From: Octopus vulgaris
Taxonomy: Eukaryota
Assembly (NCBI GenBank): GCA_951406725.2
Contig: OX597837.1
Coordinates: forward strand, 38,688,001 to 38,752,000
Reading direction: 5' to 3'
DNA length: 64,000 bases
Shown here: positions 1-13,111 of the stretch, piece by piece
Numbering within the stretch: the first letter of the stretch is position 1
Layout: every line of letters starts with the position of its first letter
The notes under the pieces: generated by a model
Seen by the model: the letters and a program-made list of their open reading frames with translations, nothing else
What the model was told of the DNA's origin: nothing
Databases searched by the model: none
Translations under genes and position numbers: made by a program

Positions 1-274
1 TACACATAGGAATTACAAAGTCTTACATGATAGATAAATATGTAAGAAATTTCCTATCAGAAACTCTTCAGACAAAAAAATCAAATACTATTATTTGACT
101 CTTTGAAGAATTTCGGATAGGAAACTTCTTACACTTTTTTTTCTAAAAATGTACGGCTTTGTAATTCCGATTAGCAAATGAAACATGTGTAATGGTGAAT
201 AAATGATACCTAAAAGTTTTCAACTTCCTGTTTTGTTATATATGTGTGTCTGTGTGGGCGTGTGTACGCGCGAG

Positions 275-357
<83 letters not shown>

Positions 358-599
358 GTGTGTGCGTGTGTAAGAGAGAGAGAGAAACAGAGAGAGAGAG
401 ACATTGCGTTTGTCCCTCCTCCATTGTTTGTCAACAAGCGTTGGTTTGTTTATGTCCCCGCAACAGAGCGGTTCAGCAAATGAGACTGACAGATATAACT
501 ACTACAAAAAAAATCCCGAAGTCGATTTCTTCGACTGGAACTTTTCACACAGTGCCTCCGCATGGTCGCAATCAAAAGTGGTGTGTCTCCCTACGCTGA

Positions 600-1190
600 T
601 GACAACTTCTGGTATTTCTCATCCAGGAACAGGCTGCGTGAGTATCGAAAGAACCTGAAAAAAGTTCGAGCATTTCCAACAAGTCAACCTCCGGCACATC
701 CTTAACATCAAATGGCAGCACCGATGGACCAACAACGCTCAGAAATACTGAATATTGAAGCTATCACCCTCAAGCATCTCCTCGGGTGTTCATGGCATGT
801 CATCCGAATGGCCCCTTTAAGACTCCTGAGGACCATCCTCTACAACGAGTTCGTCAACGGGAAACGTCATCGAGGAGCCCCAAAACGCAGAATCAAGGGC
901 CAGCTCAAATCTCCCTTCTTACAAGCCGGAATCAGCCCTAACATCTGGGAAACAGAAGCCGCTGACTGTCCATCCTGGCGAAGAGCAATTCATTTCGGTT
1001 GTTCCACCTTCGATGAGAGGAGAAAGAGGGAGAGGGAGAGGAAAAGAAGGCAATTCCAGTCAAGACCATCAACCATTCTGCCATGCGATCAGTATCCGAG
1101 ACTGTTCCATCCCTGACTTGGCCTTCTTAGCTATGTCAGGTTTAAGCATCATGGACGCGCCGGATGAACCAAGCTTGAACACGACTGGTG
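600..1190 (+). mobile_element. RTE-clade (RTE-BovB-like) LINE, degenerate 3' fragment
   Basis: ORF 712-1116 reads 'WHVIRM..RLLRTILYNEFVNGKRHRGAPKRRIK..WETEAADCPSWRRAI..PCDQYPRLF', the typical post-RT C-terminus of RTE elements; frameshifts and stops present. Confidence 0.85.
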
Positions 1191-1239
1191 CCGCCGCCGA
1201 CGACGACGATGACGACGTTGCATATATATGTAGAGTCGG

Positions 1240-1520
1240 ACTGTGACTCCTGTGCTGTCTCAGACGAATGTGCGACTCAGACGAATGATGAAGATGCCAG
1301 AGTGGTCGGCGAATATTCGTCGAACGCCCTGTTTCACGCTGTCATTGTGCTTTTGGGGCATGAAGCAAAGCAGGCCTTGCCGTCCTCTGAAGGGAACACA
1401 TAGTAAATGATCCACCAGAACTCCAGCAAACTGAGTCCTCAACTTGTTCCATTTGCCAAAATGTTTGCAAGGCACCAGCAGGGCCTCAAGAGACACATTT
1501 CTGACCAGAGAACATGATTA
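1240..1520 (+). mobile_element. second RTE-like LINE 3' relic
   Basis: 'TCSICQNVCKAPAG/LKRH' C2H2-like terminal motif with a frameshift at ~1443-1500. Confidence 0.55.
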
Positions 1521-1577
1521 ACGCTTTATTTTGCTGAACACTCATTTGTCGTTCACGACAAGAGAATCCATTATATA

Positions 1578-1611
<34 letters not shown>

Positions 1612-1613
<2 letters not shown>

Positions 1614-1800
1614 ACGGGAAGCTTTATGAAAATAAACAAAAGACGAAGGCAGGTGGAAAACAAACGAACAATTGTATTAGTATGGCGCTCAGGAAATATA
1701 AATAAAACAAGTCTTTAACGTTTCGAGCCTACGCTCTTCAACAGAAAGATACACAGAGAGAGAAAAACACAGAAAGAAGGAGAGAAAAAAAATGCGTGCA
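1612..1800 (-). mobile_element. Penelope-like pLTR-type short repeat, family P1 copy 1, in (TA)n
   Basis: Homologous to 2466-2617, 3692-3845, 22780-22860 and 59270-59440; carries an HHR-like motif. Confidence 0.7.
1712..1749 (-). ncRNA. hammerhead-like motif (A6U core, extra A), family P1
   Basis: UCUUU-CUGUUGA-A-GAGC(GUAG)GCUC-GAAA-CG-UU-AAAGA; helices I and II pair perfectly. Confidence 0.65.
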
Positions 1801-1985
1801 GTAGCTAACGAATCAACATGGCGATCTGATTTCGGCCAGAGGTCAAAGATCAAACATGAGACGCGAGAGCGAAATAAGGGGAGATAATAGGGTTGATAAA
1901 AGGGTTGAGGGATCAGCTAAAAGTGCGTGGGAGGGGTCTGGATGTGTGTATGTATAGGGTTGGTGTATGTATTAGTATGTATAAG

Positions 1986-2033
<48 letters not shown>

Positions 2034-2398
2034 CTAGCAGTATCGCCCGGCGTTGCTCAGGTTTGTAAGGGAAATAACTATAAAGCATTTTTAGAGAGTT
2101 ATAGCCAAAAAATAGCAAAAAAATGGAAAAAATGATGGTAAATTTTTTTTTTAGTTAAAAAAGGTGGAGTTGCGTCCCCTAGACAGTTTGCGGTTTGTGT
2201 TTCTGATTCTCGACCCCATGTCGAATTTATCGATTTTTTTCAGAACTGGGGGAACTTTTCAAAATTTTCGCTACGTTAGTTTTGAATTATGACATTGGGC
2301 TATGTGTGTGTCAAGTTTCATCAGAATCGGTTGAAAGCCGTGGTCAGGGTGAGGGTACAACCGACAGCCACACAGAAACACGCACAGACAAACTGCCG

Positions 2399-2410
<12 letters not shown>
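2034..2410 (-). mobile_element. non-autonomous Helitron
   Basis: Minus-strand 3' CTAG (2034-2037) preceded by a GC hairpin (2046-2061); the other end runs into (TA)n after an ACAG-rich tract; same architecture as 42181-43025. Confidence 0.7.
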
Positions 2411-2467
<57 letters not shown>

Positions 2468-2556
2468 GGGAGAGTTTACGAAAAAAACAAAAGACTAAGA
2501 CAGGTGGTGTACAAAACAAACAGATGTATTAGTATAACGCTCAGGAATAGAAAAAG

Positions 2557-2594
2557 TCTTTTACGTTTCGAGCCTACGCTCTTCTACAGAAAAG
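2557..2594 (-). ncRNA. hammerhead-like motif, family P1 copy 2
   Basis: CUUUU-CUGUAGA-A-GAGC(GUAG)GCUC-GAAA-CG-UA-AAAGA. Confidence 0.6.
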
Positions 2595-2612
2595 GACACA
2601 GAAAAATCAAGG

Positions 2613-2658
<46 letters not shown>

Positions 2659-3056
2659 TATATACACACACATATATAAACATGCATACATATACACATA
2701 CACGAACATATATATATGTATACGTTATGTGTATGTGTGTGTGAGTTTGTGTGTGACTGAATGTGTGTGTGTGTATGCTTACGACAACAATAATATCTAA
2801 GTAGAATTCACCGGAAGTATTATGAAACCGGGAATAGCTTGTGGTGAAAGGGCAGGGGGCGCTTACAATTGTAGTTTCTATCATCGCATCAGATTCGTTG
2901 TGTTCTTTGATGTCGAAATCTGAAACAGATCAATCGATCAATAGTCGATAACACGGAGCATATTACGTCTTACTGACGTCATAACTTCGTTCTCAAGATC
3001 ACTGCTGGTCGGTGTTGCATAAGCGCATGCGTGTGTGTGTGTGTGTATGTCAATGC

Positions 3057-3123
<67 letters not shown>

Positions 3124-3558
3124 TACACACAAACACACACACACACCTATATGTGTGATGCAAAGAAATAATAAATTACTATTTCAGTATATTATAATTA
3201 GGCATGTATTATGTAACCGTAACTAGATGTATGTTGAGGTATATACGAGGACGTAAACACACCACCACCGGTTGTCAAGCGGTGGTGGGAACAAACATAT
3301 ATATTTGTATCTGTTATATGACGGGCTTCTTTCAGTTTCCATCTACCAAATCCACTCATAAAGCTTTGATCGGTTCGTAACTATAGTAGAAGTGTGTGTG
3401 TGTATGTGTGTGTGTGTGCACGTGCGTGTGTGTGTGTTAGAATGTGTTAGTGTGTTTATGTATGTATATGCATACGTTTATATACGCTCACATTCACATG
3501 TGCGCACAGACACACACCTGTTTATGCAGACAGACAGACAGATAGATAGATGGATAGG

Positions 3559-3592
<34 letters not shown>

Positions 3593-3784
3593 CATACATA
3601 CATACATACATACATACATACATACATACATACATACATACATACATACATACATACATACATGCATACATACATTGATAGATATATATAGATGGGGAGA
3701 ATTCACAAAAAAAAACAAAAGACGAAGACAGGTGGTGTAGACAACAAACAGATGTATTAGTTTAACGCTCCGGAAGTGAAAAAG

Positions 3785-3822
3785 TCTTTTACGTTTCGAG
3801 CCTACGCTCTTCTACAGAAAGG
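3785..3822 (-). ncRNA. hammerhead-like motif, family P1 copy 3
   Basis: CCUUU-CUGUAGA-A-GAGC(GUAG)GCUC-GAAA-CG-UA-AAAGA. Confidence 0.6.
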
Positions 3823-4379
3823 GACACAGAAAGAAACAAAGAGAGTGTATGTATGTATGTATTTTTGTATCTGTATATACAACCCTATACACAAAGATGC
3901 ACACACACATATATTTATTTGCAGATGAATATGTGTGCGTATTTGTGCTATTGATAATACCAAGATGAAGATGTTTTTCTTCAATTCACCAAAGTGGACG
4001 GAGATTTTACTGGGAGGAATTGACGTCATCAGACGGTATCCAATAATCATTGGGTATCCGACATCGGGTATCCCTCATTTGCCGTTCTCGACAAGAGAAT
4101 CCATCAATTATATGTTGGATACTCGTTGATGACCACTGCTCATCGTTTCCCCTTGGCTTCCAGGTGAACCCTCCCATCTCTCTCTCTCTCTCTTTCTCTG
4201 AGATCCGACAGCTAGTCATGTGACACTTTCATGGCTCACCAGCCCACGGAGAGATGTACACGCTCCACCAGTTATCTTGTAAAACCGCTGAATCTCCCTG
4301 GGGATTACGTTACGGGTACACGTGTCTGTGGAGTGCTCGGCCACTTGCGCATTAATTTCACGAGCAAGCACACACATAT

Positions 4380-4605
4380 ACTTGCATATCTAGACATGCT
4401 CATTATATATACTTAAATGAGAAACTTCTAGAATGTTTTACAGACTTTTGCAGTTCCAGTGATGGCTGAGATCTGTAGTCTTCGAATTAGCTTTCTCCTT
4501 TCTGGTTTTGAGAAGCCTAATTTCTCAAGATTGGTATCTAGGCAGTGTGTTACGTATTTCAGGGCCCCATTAATTACAGCCGTAAGCCTGAACTTGTAAC
4601 GTAAA
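4380..4605 (-). mobile_element. R4/Dong-like (REL-endonuclease) LINE 3' fragment
   Basis: 'AVINGALKYVTHCLDTNLEKLGF..LQISAITGTAKVCKTF*' resembles the 'P(V/I)(V/I)IGALG...LQ....GT..I' C-terminus of R4/Dong ORFs. Confidence 0.6.
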
Positions 4606-4649
4606 TATACATGTTTATATGTACACATGTACGTAAGTATCAATACATA

Positions 4650-4697
<48 letters not shown>

Positions 4698-4830
4698 AAT
4701 ACTCACGTATAAATGGAGTTAGCTATTTGTTGGATACTCTGCTAATTTCTCTTTAAGTTTCCTATTTGTGCTAGTCCAGCATGGCCACAGTCCAATGGCT
4801 GAAATATAAAAGATAAAAGACCACACACAC

Positions 4831-4913
<83 letters not shown>

Positions 4914-5160
4914 TGTGTGTTTGTGTATATGTATGTATGTATGTATATATATAAAGTCATAGATGACAGAAGTAGTTTGACGAAATTTTCTGTAACGATG
5001 AGAAAATTCTGAAACCACGACAAATTGTTTCGTAACTTTCTCCACTCCTTGTTCGTTTTCTCATGTGTCTTAAATTTTGCAGAATCATGCAAAAAGGAGC
5101 TTTTTTTGTTTGTTTTTAGGAGTACTACCAGATTACTTGAATCACTATATTGTGACTTAA

Positions 5161-5200
<40 letters not shown>

Positions 5201-5249
5201 TAGAATAGGATACAAACTTTATAATTATCTGATGGCTAAACACATACAC

Positions 5250-5996
5250 ACTCCCACACACACACACACACACGTACATATAGACACACGTTCACATACG
5301 TGTACAGACACACACGTACACACACACACGTTCGCATGTGCATAGACACACACGTACACACATACACACACGTTTGCATACGGATACAGACACACACGTA
5401 CACACACACACACACCTTCGCATACGCATACAAATACACACGAACACATACTCACACACCCTTTTGCATACGCATACAGACACACACGTACACACACACA
5501 CGTTCGCATACGCATACACACACATGTACACACACACACACACTCACACGTTCGCATACGCATACAAACACGTATACACACCCCTTCGCATACGCATACA
5601 GACACTCACGTACACACCCTCACACACCCCTTCGCATACGCATACACACACGTACACATACGCATGCAGACACACACGTGGACACACACACACACATACA
5701 TGTTCGCATACGCATACAGACACACACACACACATACACGTTCGCATACAGATACACACACATACACGTTCGCATACGCAAACAGATACACACACACACA
5801 TACACGTTCGCATACGCATACAGACACACACGTACACACACACACGTACACACACACACATACACACACACGTTCGCATACGCATACAGATACACACGTA
5901 CACACACACCCCTCCGCATACGCATACAGGCACACACGTACACACACATACATACACGTACACACACACGTTCGCATATGCATATAGACACACACA

Positions 5997-6044
<48 letters not shown>

Positions 6045-6050
6045 CCCATT
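5250..6050. repeat. CA-derived minisatellite (~30-45 bp unit, core CACGTTCGCATACGCATACAGA)
   Basis: Core repeated more than 12 times between CA runs. Confidence 0.9.
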
Positions 6051-6130
6051 CACACACACACATCCACTCACACGTACGCGCGTACACTCAAACACACCTC
6101 TCGCCGAAACCAAACCTTTGTTTCCCTTAC

Positions 6131-6151
6131 CTGAAGTTCATCAAAGTCCAT
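6131..6151 (-). CDS. candidate first coding micro-exon (MDFDELQ)
   Basis: ATG GAC TTT GAT GAA CTT CAG|GTAAGG: strong donor, in-frame upstream TAA, in a unique island; no downstream exon identified. Confidence 0.3.
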
Positions 6152-7050
6152 CTGACAACCTTATTTTTTTTTTCTCCTCTGTGCTCACTACCACTACCAC
6201 TACGACTACTGCTGCTCCTGCTGCTGCTGCTGCTGCTTCCACCACTGCTGCTTTTGCTGCTCTGTTTAATTGTCTCAGGCCCCTCAAGCTCCTACAGCTC
6301 CCACTACTCCTCTTACACCCCCCTTCTGCTGTGTCATTAGAAACTAGAAATTGGAGCAGTTGGTGATTTTATTTATTATTTTATGCTGGGTTTTTGTTAT
6401 TGTTTTTTTTTGTTTAATATTTTTGAGGTATGTGAGTTTAGTGACTTTAGCGACATCAAACCCTCACACCTCATTAATTACTCAGATGGCGGGAGATTGG
6501 GAGAGAGAGAAAGAGAGAGAGAGGGGGGTGAGAGCGTAGTGACAGGTGAGGGAGGAGTGGGTAGCGGTGGGAGAGAGAGAGAGGCAGATAAAAGGTATAT
6601 GGAGTATATAAGTTAGAGAGAGGGACGATGGTGAAGAAGGAGGGAGGTGAAGAAAGAGAGAGAGGCGTGATGAGAGAGGTGCAGAGTGGAAGAGGTGTAG
6701 AGGTGGGAAAAGAGGGAGAGAAAGAGAGAGAAAGGCGGAGAGTGGGGAGAGGGAAAGAGAAAGGGTGTGGAGAGTGGATAGAAATAAAGCTAAAACGTGC
6801 TGAGATGTGGAGGTAGGAGAGATGAAAAGGAAGAGGAAAAAGAGAGAAGGAGAGGGAGTCAGAGAGAGTGGGGGAAAGATGAGGGGATAAAAAGACAGAG
6901 TGAGGGCGATGTAGAGAGAGCGGGGGGGAGAGTGAGAGAGGGAAAGGGAGGAGAGAGGGATAACTATGAATGAGAGTGAGAAACCGACAGATGGAGAGAG
7001 GGAAATAAACCAACGGAAAGAGAGCAGTGCAGGGAGAGACGGATAAAGAA

Positions 7051-7081
<31 letters not shown>

Positions 7082-7376
7082 GAGTGGGAGGGAGAAAGAG
7101 AGAAAGAGAGAAGGAGAAGAAGGGAAAGATAGACAGAGAGATAGGCAGGAAGACAAACGAAGAGGTAGAGAGAGATAGAGAGACAGCAGTGCAGATAGGC
7201 GAAGACGGACGTAGAGAAAAAGAGAGAAAAAGAGACAGGGAAAGAGGAGAGAGAGGGGGATGGGGGAGAGAGGGAGAGAGGGAGGGGAAGGAGGGGGAGT
7301 AAGTGAAAGAGAGATGGAGACAAATGGGCAGAGAGTCAGGGGGTAAAAATATCTTTGGTTGGGAATGAATATACCT

Positions 7377-7722
7377 AGTTCAAATTCCGCCGAGGTCGAC
7401 TTTGCCTTTCATCCTTTCGGGGGGTCGATAAATTAAGTACCAGTTACACACGGGTCGATGTAATCGACTTGATCCCTTTGTCTGTCCTTGTTTGTCCCCT
7501 CTATGTTTAGCCCCTCGTGGGTAGTAAAGAAATAGGTATTTCGTTTGCCGTCACGTTCTGGGTTCAAATTCCGCCGAGGTCAACTTTGCCTTTCATCATT
7601 TCGGGGTCGATAAATTAAGTACCAGTTACGCACTGGGGTCGATGTAATCGACTTAATCCCTTTGTCTGTCCTTGTTTGTCCCCTCTATGTTTAAGCCCCT
7701 TTGTGGGTAGTAAAGAAATATA
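7377..7722 (+). mobile_element. tRNA-derived SINE family A, two 5'-truncated tandem copies
   Basis: B-box-like GTTCAAATTCC; body 'GCCGAGGTCGACTTTGCCTTTCATCCTTTCGGGGTCG'; tail 'GGGTAGTAAAGAAATA' seen twice. Confidence 0.9.
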
Positions 7723-7834
7723 TACCTAGTGTGGTGATGTTGGTGATGGTGTTGGTGATGGTGTTGGTGTTCACGGAGGTCATATTTTGTATTGTTGTTG
7801 TTCTTGTTGCTGTAGTTGCCTGATCTCCATATCG

Positions 7835-8064
7835 ATTTCTTTACTACCCACAAGGGGCTAAACACAGAGGGGACAAACAAGGACAGACAAACGGATTAAG
7901 CCGATTATATCGACCCCAGTGCGTAACTGGTACTTATTTAATCGACTCCGAAAGGATGAAAGGCAAAGTCGACCTCGGCGGAATTTGAACCTAGAACGTA
8001 ACGGCAGACGAAATACCGCTAAGCATTTCGCCCGGTGCGCTAACGTTTCGGCCAGCTCGCCGCC
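7835..8064 (-). mobile_element. SINE family A, full length
   Basis: Reverse complement starts GGCGGCGAGCTGGCCGAAACGTTAGC, with A/B-box-like head. Confidence 0.9.
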
Positions 8065-9044
8065 TTCATTCGACTCAGCTTCAGGAGACATTCGGTCAAT
8101 AAGTGATAGGGCTTGGTCAAGTGGTTATTGCGAGTCTAACGATCGTAAGGCGATTGGTTCGATTCTCAAACCGAGCAGCGCAATGTGCCATGAGGTTAGA
8201 CGCTTCATTCCACTTCATTCCACCCAGCTGAACAGGATTCCTTTTATGTCTGTTGCAAAGTGATGCCTTGAAGATGAATGCATATACTATATTAAGTTAT
8301 ATCTTCTCCGGACAGAAACCGGTGTTTCTAAGAACTGCGGATGTAAAATAACAGATGTGGTACCTTCATCAGCGGGTTAGAGAAAGTCTAAGCAGGAAAT
8401 TACCAAAGCTTGTGAAACACAGCAAATTGACACCGGAAATGCAAGATGTCTGTGACCATTGATACCAACGGTACACTGGATGATGATGGTGATGATGATG
8501 ATGATTATGAGGAGGAGGAGGGGGGGAAGGGGAGGTTGAAGAGAAGGAGGAGGAGAGGAAGAGGGGAGGGGGAGGAAGCGGGAGGAGGAATAGGAGGAGG
8601 AGGAGGGAGTAGGAAGAGGAGGAGGAGGAGGAAGAGGAGGGGAGGAGGAAGAAGTAGAGGAGGAGGAGGGGGACGAAGAAGAGGAGGAGGAAGAAGTAGA
8701 GGAGGAGGAGGGGAGGAGGGAGTGGAGGGGAGGAGGGGAGGGGAGGAGGAAGTGGAGGGGAGGAGGAAGAGGGGAGTAGGAAGTGGAGGAGGAGGAAGAA
8801 GTAGATGAGGAGGAGGGGACGAAGAAGAGGAGGAGGAGGAAGAAGTAGAGGAGGAGGAGGGGGACGAAGAAGAGGAGGAGGAGGAAGAAGTAGAGGAGGA
8901 GGAGGGGGACGAAGAAGAGGAGGGGGAGGGGGAAGAGGAAGAGGAAGAGGAAGAGAAGGAGGATGGTGGTGGTGGTGCTGGTGATGATGATGATGAACAA
9001 AGGCATATCACCCATGGCCATTCCGTCTTTTGAAGACTAAATAA

Positions 9045-9480
9045 CTGTTTCTAGAATAGGCACAAGGGCCGGAAATTTAGGAGGGGGTGTCCAGTCGGTT
9101 ACATTGTCCCCCCCCCGCTCCCCAGCACTTGATTGGTACATTATTTTATCGAACCCGAAAGGATGAAAGCTAAAATCAGCTTCCATGATATTTTGAACTC
9201 AGAACGTAAAGCCGGAAGAAAATGACGTTAAGCATTTCGTCCGGCTCGATAATGATTCTGCCTGCTCGTTGCCTTAATAATTATCCTTCCTACAATAGAC
9301 ACAAGGCCAGTAATTTCGGAGAAGGGAGGTAATTGATCACATTGGCCCCAGTACATGACTGGTACTTATTTTATATGTGTATATGTAAAGTCAACCTTGG
9401 CGAAATTTGAACTCAGAAGTCGGAATAAATGACGCTAAGCATTTCGTCCGGTGTGCTAATGATTCTGCCAGTTCGCCACA
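9045..9480 (-). mobile_element. two older SINE family A copies
   Basis: Diverged 'GAAAGGATGAAAG..GAATTTGAACTCAGAA..GCTAAGCATTTCGTCCGG' blocks. Confidence 0.75.
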
Positions 9481-9489
9481 TTCAATTAT

Positions 9490-9700
9490 ACTCTTTACTC
9501 TTTTACTCTTTTACTTGTTTTTGACTGCGGCCATGCCGGAGCACCGCCTTTAGTCGAGCAAATCGACCCCCGGGACTTATTCTTTGTAAGCCTAGTACTT
9601 ATTCAATCGGTTTCTTTTGCCGAACCGCTAAGTTACGGGGACGTAAACACACCAGCATCGGTTGTCAAGCGATGTTGGTGGGACAAACACAGACACAGAA

Positions 9701-9731
<31 letters not shown>

Positions 9732-9903
9732 CATATATACTACGGGTTTCTTTCAGTTTCCGTCTACCAAATCTACTCACAAGGCTTTGGTCGGCCCGAG
9801 GCTATAGTAGAAGACACTTGCCCAAGGTGCCACACAGTGGTACTGAACCCGGAACCATGTGGTTGGTAAGCAAGCTACTTACCACACAGCCACTCCTACG
9901 CCT
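9490..9903 (-). mobile_element. tRNA-derived SINE family B (CORE-like domain, internal microsatellite), full length
   Basis: Head GGAGTGGCTGTGTGGTAAG..GGTTCAGT; CCTTGGGCAAGTG; tail (GAGTAAAA)n. Confidence 0.9.
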
Positions 9904-10019
9904 ATAGTAATAATAATAATCTTTTCTACTATAGACACAACGCCTGGAATTTGAAGATAGGGGGCTAGTCAGATACATCGACCCCAGTGTTTTACTGGTA
10001 TTAAATTCATCGAATTCAG

Positions 10020-10760
10020 ATTTCTCAATGGAATCTTAGTTAAAAATTGTGACTCTTAATTCGATCTTGAAACTCTATTTAAATTTAAATCTAGAATTGA
10101 AACTAAAAACTTAATTTCAAAATTTGTGAATCTAAATTTCATCTGGAAACTAGATGTGAACCTAAATTTTACCTAAGATTAGAATTTATCTCTACAGAAA
10201 ATTCTAATTAAAAATTATGAATATAAATTTTATCTTTAAACACAAATTTTACACGTAAACACAGAAATTATATTTGAACTAAGAATCTAAGTTTGATCCT
10301 AGATTAGTCATCAAAACCCGGATTAGAAAAGAGAATCAATAATTGATCACGAAATAAAGAATTTGAACTCAAAATACACTTAAACTGAAGAGGCTATGTT
10401 TCAACTGAGAATTAATACGGAAATCTTGAGCCAAGATTTAAACCTGTGATTTTGATTCTAATTCAGAACTAATATTTAAGCGTAGAGCTAACGGTTGAAC
10501 TTTTGAACCAAGCTCCAATAATCTTGATTTAAAACCAGAAGCTAGATTTCAATCCGAAACATAAGTTTCAGTTCAATTCTTAAGGTTGACCTCGTAACTT
10601 AGAGTTGAGCCTAGATTTAAATTCAGAAACTAGAGTTGAACACAGAGCTTGAATGCAAATGCAGGATCAAGATTTGATCTCAGGACCTAAATTTGAATTC
10701 TTATCCAACTTGATACTGAGAGCTACAATTTGAACCGAGATTTGAACATAACATTGATAG
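10020..10760. repeat. highly degenerate ~6-bp periodic array (YTNRAR-like)
   Basis: Recurrent CTAGAA/TTGAAC/CTAAAT/TTTGAA units over ~740 bp. Confidence 0.55.
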
Positions 10761-10790
10761 TAACTTGCTTGAAACAGTCATTGGTCATGT

Positions 10791-10821
<31 letters not shown>

Positions 10822-10899
10822 GTTTTTAAGTGGTTTGAATTAAAATCTTCCATCAAAATATCAGGTTAATTTGCTCCAAACACCAACCTAATAATGGTT

Positions 10900-11070
10900 C
10901 CAAATTTTGGCATAGGGCCAGGAGTTTTTGATGGTAGGGGGAAGCCCGTTACGTCCACCTCAGTACATCACTGGTACTTATTTTATAGACCCCGTAAAGG
11001 ATGAAAGGCAAAGTTGACCTAGACGGGAATTTGAACTCGGAGTGTAAAGATGGACGAAATGCCGCGAAGT
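10900..11070 (-). mobile_element. SINE family A fragment
   Basis: 'AAGGATGAAAGGCAAAGTTGACCT..GAATTTGAACTCGG'. Confidence 0.75.
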
Positions 11071-11318
11071 AGTATATTTGTGTATATATACATGTATACG
11101 TGTATATATATACATGTATACGTGTATATATATGTACACATACTTCGTGAATGATGAAGTGTATTTTGTGTAGAATATTTGTACATATGTTTATGTCCAG
11201 CATATATGTGCGTATGTATGTATGTGTGTGTGTGTATGTGTGTTTGTGAGCTTATACACATTCCTATGATCACTTAAGCATGCATGTATGTCTGTGTAAA
11301 TATGTCTAAGTATAGATG

Positions 11319-11380
<62 letters not shown>

Positions 11381-11590
11381 TGTGTGTGTATATGTGTTAT
11401 ATATATAATATATCTATAATATATATATATATATATATGTATGTATATATATATATATATATGTATGTATATATATATATACACGCATTCGTATGTACAT
11501 ATGTCAATATAGATACATACATATGCATATATTTCCATACATTCGTACATATATAAATCTATTCGTGTGTATACATCCATGTTTCTCTGC

Positions 11591-11621
<31 letters not shown>

Positions 11622-11921
11622 CAAATGCGCACGAACATGCATGTATATAAGTAAATGTAATTCTAAATTTCGAATCTTCCTTTTATTGTCTTCCATTCTT
11701 ATTATCATTGTTCCTATTATTACAAAATATATAAAATAAAAGATTGTTATTATTAATATATTATTATCATTTTTAATATTATTACTATTTTTGTTTCTAT
11801 GTTTTTAAGTTTTTTTTTATGTATTTACGTATTCTTAATTCTCTTCCTATCGCCATCTTTGTTGAGAAAAGATTTATCCATGTTGCCTTCCACTTCTCTC
11901 TTCTCTATCGCATCCTCCTCA

Positions 11922-11971
<50 letters not shown>

Positions 11972-12642
11972 CATCATCAATAAAACAAGCTTCTTATGGC
12001 GAACAGCTTACTTACCGTGTAAAGCCGCTTGCCAAGTGCAGACGATATAAGAATGAGATTAGTTGGAGGGATTTCCGGTAGGTAAAAAGAAAAAAAAAGA
12101 GAGAAAAATAGTCATCGAAAACATTTCTGAAGGAATTAGAGCAGAAATATTTCTTTGGAAGAGAATTTCCAGTTTCACACAGTTTTTCCTTCAACACCAA
12201 AATTCTGTAACGAATACGAAAGTATTTAAGCACGTAACTCTGTATGATTGTAGCCGTTTTGATTTCGGCTTCTGTTTCACATTGTTTGGGAAAGTTTTTG
12301 TTGTTTTTTTTCTCTCTTTCCTTCGTTAGTTTTCAAACAAAATAAGGACGCATGCGTACAATAGATTGTTTAGGTGAATCTTTTATCGCACGCGAGCGCC
12401 AAAAACATAAACACACATATTCGACGAATCTACATCGAATTCATTGGAAGTAGGAGAATGTTTTGAGTAAAATAAATAAAAGAAAAAAAAGCGGCAAGTT
12501 TTATGATAAGAGAAGGTGTGAAGAGCTACGTTCGTTACGTTTAATTGCAAATCATATATGTATGCAAATACGTGTGTGTGTGTAGAGAGAGAGAGAGGAG
12601 GAAGAGAGAAAGAGGGATACATTGGTAGTTAGATCTGTAGAT

Positions 12643-12758
<116 letters not shown>

Positions 12759-12761
12759 ATG

Positions 12762-12798
<37 letters not shown>

Positions 12799-12851
12799 AT
12801 GTATATATACATATATATGTATACGTGTATATGTACATGTATATATATATG

Positions 12852-12890
<39 letters not shown>

Positions 12891-13056
12891 TTATTCATTT
12901 ATTTATATATATATGCATTTATACTCATACGCGCGAATTTTTGATAATTTATTCAGTTACTTGCTTCAATCATTTGACTTCAGCTATGCTGGAGCACCGC
13001 CTTAAGCTGGCATACACATATATATATATATGTATGTGTATATATATATATGTATG

Positions 13057-13109
<53 letters not shown>

Positions 13110-13111
<2 letters not shown>

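Noticed and set aside
41-133. 30-bp imperfect inverted repeat with CUGAAGA/GAAA boxes
   Set aside because: The inverted repeat is real, but helix II does not form and there is no palindrome before UH; not counted as an HHR
5250-6050. CRISPR-like repeat/spacer appearance
   Set aside because: 'Spacers' are CA runs rather than unique sequence; eukaryotic context; no cas genes
8310-8375. Minus-strand CUGAUGA...GAAACACCGGUU hammerhead candidate
   Set aside because: Helices I and II do not pair convincingly
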